Origin: an uncultured Planctomycetaceae bacterium
Lineage (GTDB): Bacteria > Planctomycetota > Planctomycetia > Pirellulales > PALSA-1355
Length of the DNA stretch: 64,000 bases
Assembly: GCA_964598535.1 (NCBI GenBank)
Contig: CAZRCI010000015.1
Coordinates: forward strand, 31,098-95,097
Direction: 5' to 3'
Shown here: piece by piece, positions 40,017 through 49,100 of the stretch
Layout of the letters: each line of letters opens with the position of its first letter
How positions within the stretch are numbered: position 1 is the first letter of the stretch
Made by a program: the position numbers and the translations under genes
The notes under the pieces: model-generated
What the model saw: only the letters and a program-made list of their open reading frames with translations
Database searches by the model: none
What the model was told of the DNA's origin: nothing

Positions 40017-40112
40017 TTGAGAATAGGCCATCGCGGTTTATTTCAACCAGCGCCAAGCGTGCGGGAGTCAAACTCCGCGCGGCTCGCAAAAATAACGACT
40101 TACGCCGTTATG
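40017..40112 (+). repeat. Three-hairpin structured repeat, copy 1 (REP-like element / candidate ncRNA or terminator module)
   Basis: TTGAGAATAGGCCATCGCGGTTTATTTCAACC...GCCAAG-[hairpin]-CGGCTCGCAAAAATAACGACTTACGCCGTTAT. It is alignable over its length to 49401-49497, with paired changes in the stems. Confidence 0.7.
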
Positions 40113-40289
40113 AAGCCGTACGTGGTGGGTCGCTGCCCCGCTGCCCAGACCGTCTGGTCGCGCGGCTTCTGCGAAATTTCTCTGGGAATTCGCCGTCCTG
40201 GCGCTACGAAATCGGGGCGAGCGAGCGCCCGTACTTCATGGAGCGTTTCCGCGGCATGGCGGCCTTCGCCCGCCAGTCTTTCCAAATTT

Positions 40290-40318
40290 TTGCCACAATG
40301 TGCGAAAATCTGGAGAAT
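40290..40318 (+). promoter_or_regulatory. Possible sigma-70-type promoter for the secreted-protein cassette
   Basis: TTGCCA, 17 nt, GAGAAT, preceded by an A/T-rich stretch. It lies about 200 nt upstream of GTG 40514. This is pattern matching only. Confidence 0.25.
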
Positions 40319-40513
40319 GTGTGTCCGTTTTTCGTGTAGCTTTCGCCTTGTAAGGTAAAGGCGACCTAAGCCAGGCTGCCCGGTCCGTTATCGAATCGCC
40401 GGTGCGTAGGCACGCTCGAGCGCGGACTGTTCAGCCAGGCAAGGGCGCGGGTCAAGTTGCCGTGCGCGGCTTTTGTAGATGTGGCTTTGTACTTCAAGAT
40501 AAGGAAACTCGCC

Positions 40514-41347
40514 GTGAAATGGCAGGTTGTGACAATAGCATTGACGTTGGTCTCGGTAGTCGCAGCGGAGGCACACGCGCAGCGGCGTGCCCCCGCTCCC
40601 CCGAGTGGTGGATTCAACCTGGCGCCGCCAAACTCCTCGGGCTCCCAAAACAACCGAGGATTCAACCTGGGGCCGAACTCGTCGGGAACTACCAATCAAG
40701 GGTTGTTCGGGACCGGCAATCCCAATCAAGGGTTGTTCGGGCCGGGGGTACAAGGACGTCCGAACTATAGGTCACCGAACATGTCGGGCACCTCTAATTT
40801 TGGCGGCTTTACGGCTCCACAGCCTCCGGCGTTCCAGTTACCCCAGTTCAACTTTCAGCCGCAACCGAACAACAATTCGTTCTGGGGCAACAACAACAGC
40901 AACAACAATAGCTGGGGCAACAGCAATTCGAACTCGTGGCGAAACAACAATCGCAACAATTGGAATGACGATTACGAGTACAATCGTCCCCAGCGCAACT
41001 ACACGCGTTCGCAACCGCAGTATTACGACAATGGCGGTTCCACGACGCAATGGTCCGCGCCACCTCCTCCGAAGGTCTACAGCCAGCGGCCGATTCGCAT
41101 CATCTGCACGGCCGACGGCTTTGCCCAGTGCAGCTATGCCTTGCTGAACGCCTCGGGAAAGACGTACGAATACACGATGACTGGCGGCGATCGGCAAAAT
41201 CTTAAGGAAACTACGGACTGGCGGATTCGCTACAACCAAGGCAACGACCGCGGCTACAAGACCTACTCGCTCAAGGGCGGCAAGGTCTATGAACTACGGC
41301 AATCGCACGACGGAACGTGGTCCTTCTATACCGTCGGCGAGTTGTAA
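40514..41347 (+). CDS. Secreted low-complexity (N/G/Q/S-rich) protein with conserved about 85-aa C-terminal domain, paralogue A
   Basis: GTG 40514 after AAGGA gives VKWQVVTIALTLVSVVAAEAHA (signal). The middle is repetitive (GFNL x2, NQGLFG x2, WGNNNSNNNSWGNSNSNSW). The C-terminus RIICTADGFAQCSYALLNASGKTYEYTMTGGDRQNLKETTDWRIRYNQGNDRGYKTYSLKGGKVYELRQSHDGTWSFYTVGEL is shared with the next gene. Confidence 0.7.
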   Translation: MKWQVVTIALTLVSVVAAEAHAQRRAPAPPSGGFNLAPPNSSGSQNNRGFNLGPNSSGTTNQGLFGTGNPNQGLFGPGVQGRPNYRSPNMSGTSNFGGFTAPQPPAFQLPQFNFQPQPNNNSFWGNNNSNNNSWGNSNSNSWRNNNRNNWNDDYEYNRPQRNYTRSQPQYYDNGGSTTQWSAPPPPKVYSQRPIRIICTADGFAQCSYALLNASGKTYEYTMTGGDRQNLKETTDWRIRYNQGNDRGYKTYSLKGGKVYELRQSHDGTWSFYTVGEL

Positions 41348-41481
41348 AGCACGCCAAGCAACGATTGCCCGTTTCAGGAACGCTATTCGTGGACGGGTGT
41401 TGCATGTGAATGGTTTTGCGTTGCAGTTTGTTCGTCCAGTCGGTTTTCATGGCTCCGTAGCTGAAGGAAGGGAGACCTCTC

Positions 41482-42123
41482 GTGAGATGGTTGGCTATGA
41501 CGCTGATGTTGGCGATCGTCTTGGCGATGGCAAGCGAAACGTATGCGGCGCCCGCGGCGCCGGAAAGGTCGGACGACGTGGCGCCGGCACCCGCGCCGGA
41601 AGCGCCGAACTCGTCTGGTTTCAATAACTCGAGTTCGTTTAGCTCGGATGCCTTTGATCCGTCCGGATCGTTTCCGTCTGCCTCGCCACCGCCGCCCGAC
41701 GTCGTTGTTCCACGGCACTCTCAGCCGCGGTCCAACAATGGCGCGAACTGGGGTAAGAATCGAGTTCGAAATAATTACGACTACGATCAGCCCCAGGACA
41801 CGTATCAGCGTCCGCAGTCGCGTTCCTATGGTCTCGGGCCGCAACCAGCGCATAGCCAGCAGCATGGCATTCGTATTATCTGCCCTTCCGACTGTGTTGA
41901 ACGCTGCCGCTACACGCTACTGAATGCGTCCGGCAAGGCGTTTGATTACGCGATTTCCGGAGGCGAATATCAGAACCTGAAGGGCCCCGCGAGCTGGCGG
42001 ATCCGTTACGACCAGGGTAACAACCGCGGCTACAGGACCTACTCGCTGAAGAATGGCGCAGTCTACGAATTGAAACAGTCTGGCGACGGTTCCTGGGTGT
42101 TCCGTACCGTCGGCGAGTTGTGA
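41482..42123 (+). CDS. Secreted protein with the same C-terminal domain, paralogue B
   Basis: GTG 41482 after GGAAGGGAG gives MRWLAMTLMLAIVLAMASETYA (signal). C-terminus: RIICPSDCVERCRYTLLNASGKAFDYAISGGEYQNLKGPASWRIRYDQGNNRGYRTYSLKNGAVYELKQSGDGSWVFRTVGEL. Confidence 0.75.
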   Translation: MRWLAMTLMLAIVLAMASETYAAPAAPERSDDVAPAPAPEAPNSSGFNNSSSFSSDAFDPSGSFPSASPPPPDVVVPRHSQPRSNNGANWGKNRVRNNYDYDQPQDTYQRPQSRSYGLGPQPAHSQQHGIRIICPSDCVERCRYTLLNASGKAFDYAISGGEYQNLKGPASWRIRYDQGNNRGYRTYSLKNGAVYELKQSGDGSWVFRTVGEL

Positions 42124-42201
42124 TGAATGCGGTGGCATCGTTGTGAGCCCGCATTCAAGTCTAGTATTTTTGATCGTCCCACGAACTTCGAGGTACCACG
42201 C

Positions 42202-42633
42202 ATGAAGCCATCGCATATCGTGTTTGCATTGCTTTTGCTCTGCAGCACGGGCAGTTTCACGGCCGCCCAGAATTATGGTCCCCGGCAGTATTACTCCGGC
42301 TGGAACAGTCACCCGTCGCACGGGTACCACTATCGCCACCTGTACTACAAGCCTCGGCCCGACTATGTCGGCTACAGGCACCACTACTGCATCTACTACC
42401 CCAGCCGCCCGAAGCACGTGTACTTCTACAATCCGTACAAGAAGTCGTACTGGGGTCGTTGCAGCATAGATCATGGCGGCAAGTACTCCTTGTTGGCCGA
42501 AGGAGATCGCCGATCGTCGCTCCAGGACATTCCTGAATCGGCCTTTCCCGAGCCGACCGCGCCACCGGCGCTTCCGGGCGTTGAAGACAGCGTTCCTTTG
42601 GATCTGCCGCCGGACGATCTGCCGGTACGTTAG
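42202..42633 (+). CDS. Small secreted Tyr/His/Pro-rich protein
   Basis: ATG 42202 gives MKPSHIVFALLLLCSTGSFTAAQ (signal), then YYSGWNSHPSHGYHYRHLYYKPRPDYVGYRHHYCIYYPSRPKHVYFYNPYKKSYWGRC. Confidence 0.6.
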   Translation: MKPSHIVFALLLLCSTGSFTAAQNYGPRQYYSGWNSHPSHGYHYRHLYYKPRPDYVGYRHHYCIYYPSRPKHVYFYNPYKKSYWGRCSIDHGGKYSLLAEGDRRSSLQDIPESAFPEPTAPPALPGVEDSVPLDLPPDDLPVR

Positions 42634-42648
42634 TCGTAGCCTATTCTG

Positions 42649-42692
42649 CTCGTGTGTTTCGGCAAACGTGCCGAAACACACGAGCGGTTTTT
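42649..42692 (+). terminator. Rho-independent terminator
   Basis: Perfect 16-bp stem CTCGTGTGTTTCGGCA / TGCCGAAACACACGAG with loop AACG, followed by CGGTTTTT. It begins 16 nt after the stop of the Tyr-rich gene. Confidence 0.75.
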
Positions 42693-42861
42693 CACCCCCT
42701 GTCTGCCCGATGTTTTACCGCTCAACTCCCACTGGATGCCGGTTTTCGGCATCTGGCGAAATAGCTGTACGGGAGAGGCCGGTCAAGAAGCGCAGAGGGG
42801 CGTTGTGTGCCACCGCAACCAGCGATTAAAAAAACGCAGCGCCGAAAGCGAGAAGATTGCC

Positions 42862-44610
42862 GTGAGAAAAGCGACCCTGATGATGCTGCGGAACGCGTTG
42901 CGACGATCGATCGTGCTGGTCGCGATCTTGCCCGGGGTGGCGGCCGCTGACGAGGAATCGCAGCAACTCGCTCGCGAGGCGACCGCGCTGCTGAAGGCTC
43001 GCTGTTACACTTGCCACGGCGAGACCTTCAATGGCAACGCCCAGTTCAATGTCCTGGATTCTCCGGCGCTCCTTGAGCACCAGTATGTCCTGCCCGACGA
43101 CGTAGAGAATTCGCCTGTCTGGCAGCGAGTAGCCGGTAACGAGATGCCGCCCGAGGATTCGGGGGTCGCGCCGTTGACGGATGATGAACGTGTTCTGTTG
43201 AAACGTTGGATCGCGGCCGGCGCCCCGCAAGTTCAACGCGAGCGGCGCAACTTCAAGGCCTACTCAACTTTGATCGATGCGGTCTATACCGACCTTGAGC
43301 GGGCCGATGCCGAGGATCGCGTGTACTTGCGTTATTTCTCCCTCGCGCATCTGAGCAACAACTACCAGGAAGTCACTGATTTCGACCTTCGGCTCTATCG
43401 GGCGGCTTTCAGCAAGGCCATCAACAGCCTGAGCGTCGTCGATGAAGTCTATGTGCCCACGTTCGTGGATGACGAGCAGACCATTTTTCGCGTGGACATT
43501 CGTCGTCTCGGGTGGACTTCGAAACAGTGGTCGCATCTGCTCGATTCCTATCCGTTCGGCATTCACTTTCACCATGCCGACGATTCGCAACTAGCCAATC
43601 GCGATCGGCAAATCGATGATTGGTCAGGGACCCCCACTTGCTGGATTCGAGCAGACTGGTTCATCAACAGCGCACTGCGCCCGCCGTTGTACGAACAACT
43701 GCTGAATATTCCCGATACGCTGGACCGTCTCGAAACGCATTTAAACGTGGATGCGGTCCGCAATTTCCGCGAGGACCGTCTGGCTCGAGCCGGCTTTGCC
43801 ACCTCGGGCGTGTCGAATGGCAATCGGCTCGTCGAGCGACACTCGTCGCGCGACGGCTACTACTGGAAGAGTTACGATTTCACCGGCAGGACCACCGACG
43901 GCAACCTCTTTCGTTTCCCGCTGGGGCCGAAGTTTGCCGAGAACGAATTCGCCAACCTCGCATTCCAGCACGATGGCGGCGAAATGATCTTCAGTCTGCC
44001 AAATGGCTTGCAAGCGTACATGCTCTGTGACGCCTCGGGCAAGCGGATCGACAAGGGGCCGATCGAGGTCGTGCGCGATACGAAGGAAATTGGCGGTACG
44101 CCAGAAGTTATTAACGGTCTTTCCTGCATCCATTGCCACCGGCACGGGATGATCGACTTTCGAGACTCGGTTCGCGACGGGGCAGGCGTCTTCGACGCGG
44201 CGCGCCGCAAAGTCCACCGTCTCTATCCGGAACCCGCGGCGATGTCTGAACTGGTCGCCAAGGATCGCGTCAAGTTCATGGCCGCCTTGAGTGAAGCAAT
44301 CGGGCCTTTCTTGCAAGTCGGAGACGATCGGACAAAACCCATCGAAGAATTTGCCGAGCCGGTCGGAGCGATCGCCAGGTTCTACCAGCGCGACCTGACC
44401 CTGGCGGCCGTCGCCTGTGAAATGGGATTTGAAAATCCCGAAGTTCTACGCGAGCTGATCCAGCACAATCGCGAACTCGTACGGCTAGGGCTGGGGCCGC
44501 TGGTTGGCGGCCAAACCATCAAACGCGCGGCTTGGGATAGTAACGCGGCCTTCGTGTCACCATTTCAAGAGGCGATGCGCGCTTTGGGCAAAGCCACGCC
44601 CGTTAACTAG
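42862..44610 (+). CDS. Secreted protein with N-terminal planctomycete cytochrome c (PSCyt1-like) domain and a second CXXCH motif
   Basis: Start at GTG 42862 or ATG 42880 (MMLRNALRRSIVLVAILPGVAAA signal). CYTCHGE near the N-terminus with NEMPP, and a second LSCIHCHRHGMIDF about 400 aa later. The rest is unrecognised. Confidence 0.7.
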   Translation: MRKATLMMLRNALRRSIVLVAILPGVAAADEESQQLAREATALLKARCYTCHGETFNGNAQFNVLDSPALLEHQYVLPDDVENSPVWQRVAGNEMPPEDSGVAPLTDDERVLLKRWIAAGAPQVQRERRNFKAYSTLIDAVYTDLERADAEDRVYLRYFSLAHLSNNYQEVTDFDLRLYRAAFSKAINSLSVVDEVYVPTFVDDEQTIFRVDIRRLGWTSKQWSHLLDSYPFGIHFHHADDSQLANRDRQIDDWSGTPTCWIRADWFINSALRPPLYEQLLNIPDTLDRLETHLNVDAVRNFREDRLARAGFATSGVSNGNRLVERHSSRDGYYWKSYDFTGRTTDGNLFRFPLGPKFAENEFANLAFQHDGGEMIFSLPNGLQAYMLCDASGKRIDKGPIEVVRDTKEIGGTPEVINGLSCIHCHRHGMIDFRDSVRDGAGVFDAARRKVHRLYPEPAAMSELVAKDRVKFMAALSEAIGPFLQVGDDRTKPIEEFAEPVGAIARFYQRDLTLAAVACEMGFENPEVLRELIQHNRELVRLGLGPLVGGQTIKRAAWDSNAAFVSPFQEAMRALGKATPVN

Positions 44611-44669
44611 TGCTCTGTCAACGCTAAATTTTGGAGTTGAAACTGATTGGCAGAGCACTAGGTATTTGA

Positions 44670-44805
44670 TTGCCGCCGAACCACTTACGTGTTCGGCGGT
44701 CGTGCTCTCGCGAAAAGTAAACCCGAAAACCAAGCATCGGAAATAATCCGTAAAGTATCGAGCCATTGCATACCGCCGAATCATTTACGTACCCGGCGGG
44801 CGTGC
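44670..44805 (+). repeat. Two copies of a 36-nt hairpin motif, 100 bp apart
   Basis: TTGCCGCCGAACCACTTACGTGTTCGGCGGTCGTGC (44670-44705) and ATACCGCCGAATCATTTACGTACCCGGCGGGCGTGC (44770-44805). Each has CCGCCG...CGGCGG arms around a (C/T)TTACGT loop. Confidence 0.6.
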
Positions 44806-44890
44806 CGTTTCAAAAACTCAATTCTCTGGCGCGGCGCAGCACGCAGGTCTGGGATGGCCGCGCTTATTTGTTGGGAGAGGCAGGATATCT

Positions 44891-45997
44891 ATGGATCGGC
44901 GGTTGAACTGGCGACATCTATTTGCGTGGGCATGCCTAGCGCTGAGCGTTATTGGGCAGATGGCCTCGGTCGAAGCCGCAACGCTCGACGAATCCGTGCA
45001 AGGAGCGGCGCAGAAGATTGCGTCTTATCTTCGCTCGAAAGGCGAGAAAAGCCTCTCGATCGGGCAATTCACCGGGCCGCCTCAACTCGGAGCCACTTCG
45101 GGCCCCAGTATTGCCCAGCTTTTCAACGATCATCTGGGCAAGCATGAGATCCTTGTCGAACGCCGTTCGAACGTCGGCCTTCAGGGAGCCTTCGTGCTGG
45201 TCGATGCCCCCGACGAAGGCGTCGCGGTCCGGCTCAATTGCAGCCTGGTCGATCGCACGGGCGAAGTGCTTACCGACTTTGTCCTCAACGCCGATACGGT
45301 CGACCGCCAAGAGGACGTGGCCACGTTGCTGGGAACAACGGCGCACCTCTTTTCTGAAGACCGCCTTGACGACCGAAATCGCGATTTCAAAAAGCGAGTG
45401 TTCTCTCCGGAACTGGCTGTCGACGGCGCGCGGGCACGAGCCGATCGACAAAGCCCTTATGCCATTGAGATCGCGGTGGAACACCGGCCCGTGCCGGTCG
45501 AGATTCATGATGGCCAAGGTTTTGTACGCCTCGGGCGAGGAGACCTCTACACGGTGCGGCTGTACAACGACAGCGACCTGGAGGCCGCCGTGCGATTGTC
45601 GATCGATGGATTGAACGTCTTTACCTTTAGTGAAATTCGCGACCCGACTTCGGGCAAGCCGAAGTATGCGGTCTATATCATTCCTCCGCATAGCCATGTC
45701 GAGCTTCGAGGCTGGCACCGAACCAATGAATCGGTCGATTCGTTTTTAGTGACCGATTACGCGGGAAGCGCCGCGGCAACGATCAAACACCAGGAAAAGA
45801 TCGGCTCGATCACGGCCATCTTCTCGGCCGCCTGGCCCAAGGGCGGGCGTCCGCCCGAAGACGAAAACCTGACGGCGCGATCCGCCTCGGGCGGCAACGC
45901 CACGGGCTTCGGGCCGCCAATCAAGCAAGTGGCGCACGAGGTCGAGCGAGAAGTCGGTCGCATGCGGGCGGCGATCACGATTCGGTATGATAAATAA
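44891..45997 (+). CDS. Secreted two-domain protein of unknown function, upstream partner of the WD40-caspase gene
   Basis: Signal WRHLFAWACLALSVIGQMASVEA. There is an N-terminal alpha/beta-looking region. The C-terminal half is beta-rich (YAIEIAVEHRPVPVEIHDGQGFVRLGRGDLYTVRLYNDSDLEAAVRLSIDGLNVF...YIIPPHSHVELRGW) and reminiscent of DUF4384-type domains that accompany caspases; that link is from memory and unverified. Confidence 0.65.
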   Translation: MDRRLNWRHLFAWACLALSVIGQMASVEAATLDESVQGAAQKIASYLRSKGEKSLSIGQFTGPPQLGATSGPSIAQLFNDHLGKHEILVERRSNVGLQGAFVLVDAPDEGVAVRLNCSLVDRTGEVLTDFVLNADTVDRQEDVATLLGTTAHLFSEDRLDDRNRDFKKRVFSPELAVDGARARADRQSPYAIEIAVEHRPVPVEIHDGQGFVRLGRGDLYTVRLYNDSDLEAAVRLSIDGLNVFTFSEIRDPTSGKPKYAVYIIPPHSHVELRGWHRTNESVDSFLVTDYAGSAAATIKHQEKIGSITAIFSAAWPKGGRPPEDENLTARSASGGNATGFGPPIKQVAHEVEREVGRMRAAITIRYDK

Positions 45998-46120
45998 GAA
46001 ATAAGAATTCGACCCCGCTGCGGTTCCAGCAATTCACTGATGTCCCGCTGGTGTTCGGCCCTTCAATGTTCGACAACGTCGCGGGCAAGGGGGGACGACG
46101 GCGGAAAGGAGAGCGAAGTT

Positions 46121-49100
46121 ATGTGCGGCAGTGCAACCATCCTGGTGGCGGCAGTTCTCGTCTTGCAACCATTGACAAGCCCGCCCGGCGATGCCACGCC
46201 AGCTACTAGCGCGGGCAAACGCGCCGACTTCGTGCGCCACGAACCAGAATTGACGCTCGATACCGGGGGGCTACTGAGCGAGGTATGCGACCTGGCTTTC
46301 AGCCCCGATGGACGATCCCTGGCGGTAGCCGGAGATAAACTCGTTCGGATCTACGATGTCGACTCCGGAGCGTTGATCACCACCTTGCGCGGCGATCGTT
46401 CCCGCTCCAGCTACGGAAGCGTCAATTCCGTCGCATATTCTCCAGACGGGAAGCATCTGCTTGTAGGGATCTTCGATTATCATCCGCGCGGCTCGATTCG
46501 GGTCTACCGCACGGACCAGTACGACCGCATCGAGCGACTCTTGCCCGGGCATACTTCGCCGTGCACTTTTCTGCGTTTCAACCGGGACGGGAAGTACCTG
46601 GCATCGTCCGATTCCGATGGCGAAATATGCATCTGGGATTGGCCAGCGCAAAAGATCATACGTCGGATCGCTCCCCGAAATCCCGATAAGCCGATCATCG
46701 ATACGCTAGAGTTCGCTGATCGAGGCCCTTCGCTGATCTCGATCGAATATGATTTGCCGCACGTTTATCGGGTTCCCGACGGTGCGGAAATCGCTCCCGG
46801 TCCGGAAATGAATCCGCTGGTCCTCGGCTGGATGTTCGACGTGATAAGCAATCGGGCCAAGTGGCCAGTCGCACTAACCAACAACAATTCGCCCCGCGTC
46901 TACGACTTCCAATTAGAAAATCGTGTTTGGGCGGCGGCTGGCGTGGGAACTTCTGGCGGGGCGAATAAATATTGGATTGGGCTGTGGAAAGCCCGCCCAA
47001 TGGCACAAGACGCCCCTCCGAATCCGGCCGCGGCGGTCTACGACAAACACAATTGGCGTGTACGCAAGATCGCGATCTCACCACGGCGAGACCTCGTCGC
47101 ATCGGGCGACGTATTCGGCGAAGTACATCTATGGGAGGCCGCGACCGGACGCCAGCAGCGCGTCATCAAGAGCTTGGGACGCTCCATCTACAATGCGGCA
47201 ATCGATCCTCAGATGACGCGAATCGCATTTGGCACCAAACCGGATCATGCAAACTGGGGATTCAACCGGTACGGACGTCCGACGCAGATCATTGATTTGC
47301 GACAACGAACCATTCGCGGGATCGACGATACGGTCGACCTCATCGACGAAACACAGCGGATCGGCGATCTCGAGGTTTCGGTGCAGCCCCCGCATGGCTC
47401 AAATCAGAGCTATCATCTGCTCAAAAATCGTGGCGGCCGTCCCGCCGGACGCTATCGCCTCCCGAGCGGCCGCCATCCCGCGGTATTCACGCTGTTATCG
47501 CAACCATCGTTGGGTGTCGCGGAACCGGTACTGTTTGGCGACGATCAAGGCCTCCTGGCCATGTGGGACACGGCCGGCGACGAGATGAGACGCTACTACC
47601 ACGGGCACAATGGAATGATCACCTCGCTCAGCCCTGCTCCTAATGGCAAGCTGTTCGTCACGGGATCGACGGATCGCACGATCCGCATTTGGAGCCTTGT
47701 CAATTATCAGCCGACGGGCATCTTTGATTTCAAATATGAGAACTCCGCGGTAATTCAAGTTCCGCCTGGTTCTTCATCAGCACGCGCCGGCGTGCGCATT
47801 GGTGATCGAATAAAGTCTTTCGACGGCCACTCGTTGCAAGATGTTTATGAGATGATGATGACCAACCACTTCGACTACCGCCCGGGCCAGGTCGCGAAAA
47901 CCGTCATGCAGCGCGGCGATAAGACATACTCCTATCAGATGGAGCTCAAGGAAGGCTTTCAGTACGTCGAGCCCTTGCTGAATATCTTTGTCAGCGACGA
48001 CGGATCTTGGATCATATGGACGCCGCAGGGCTATTACGATTGCAGCCCGGGCGCCGACCGGCTCATCGGCTGGCACGTGAATCAGGGGCCCGACAAGCCG
48101 GCCCAATACTTCCGCGCGGAGCAATTCAAGCGGCAATTGTACCGCCCCGACATTATCAACGCACTGCTCGAGTCCGGCGACTTCGACGAGGCCGTTACCG
48201 CGGCCGATCAGAAGTACCCCCAACGCGGCACGGCCGTCGACTTGACTAAGCCCGAGGCGCTTGAAAAGATCGCCCCTCCGGTGGTGACTATGGGCGCGCA
48301 CGAACAAGAGGGAGACGACCTGCGAGTTACCTTGAACGTCGAGGTGCGGTCCACCAACTCGCAAGGAATCTCGAAGGTCACCTTACTGCACAATGGCGTG
48401 CCGGCACGCACCTTCGTTCCCGGCTCTGACGAGCAACAGTTGTACAAGCTGGCGCACCGTTGCCGGTTGTTGCCCGGGCGCAACGAATTTACTTTCATCG
48501 CCGCAAATTCTCACGCCACCTCCAAGGCCGAAGACGCCCAGTTGGTGCTAACGGCGCCGGCGAGCGATCAACAAGGCCGGGTCTATCTTCTGGCAATCGG
48601 TGTTTCAAACTATCAGAACAACGGGCAGGGAATTGACAACCTTCAGTTCGCGGCCACCGATGCGCAAGCCTTTATATCAACCGTGGAAAAACACCGCGCC
48701 GGCAAACTCTACGCGGACATCCAAATCAAGGCGTTGATCAACGAAGACGCCACGCGCGAGAATGTGCTGGGGGGACTCCAGTGGTTGACCGAGAACGTGG
48801 CCGCTGGCGACTCGGTGATCATCTTTGCCGCATGTCACGGCCTCGTCGAGCGTGACAGCTTCTACTTGGCGACGCACGATGTCGACCCCGCCCGCTTGCG
48901 GTCTACCGGAGTGTCGTGGCGTGAGCTTACGGGCGTGCTTCACGAAGAACTTCCAGCTTGTCGCCGAATCGTATTCTTGGACGCGTGCCACAGCGCCGGC
49001 GTTGTCGGCACGGACACCCGCAGCCCGCTACACGATCTGGCGGCGCCCGAGCTGGGCACCGTGTTTTTCGCATCGTGTACCTTGCAGCAGAAGAGCTTCG

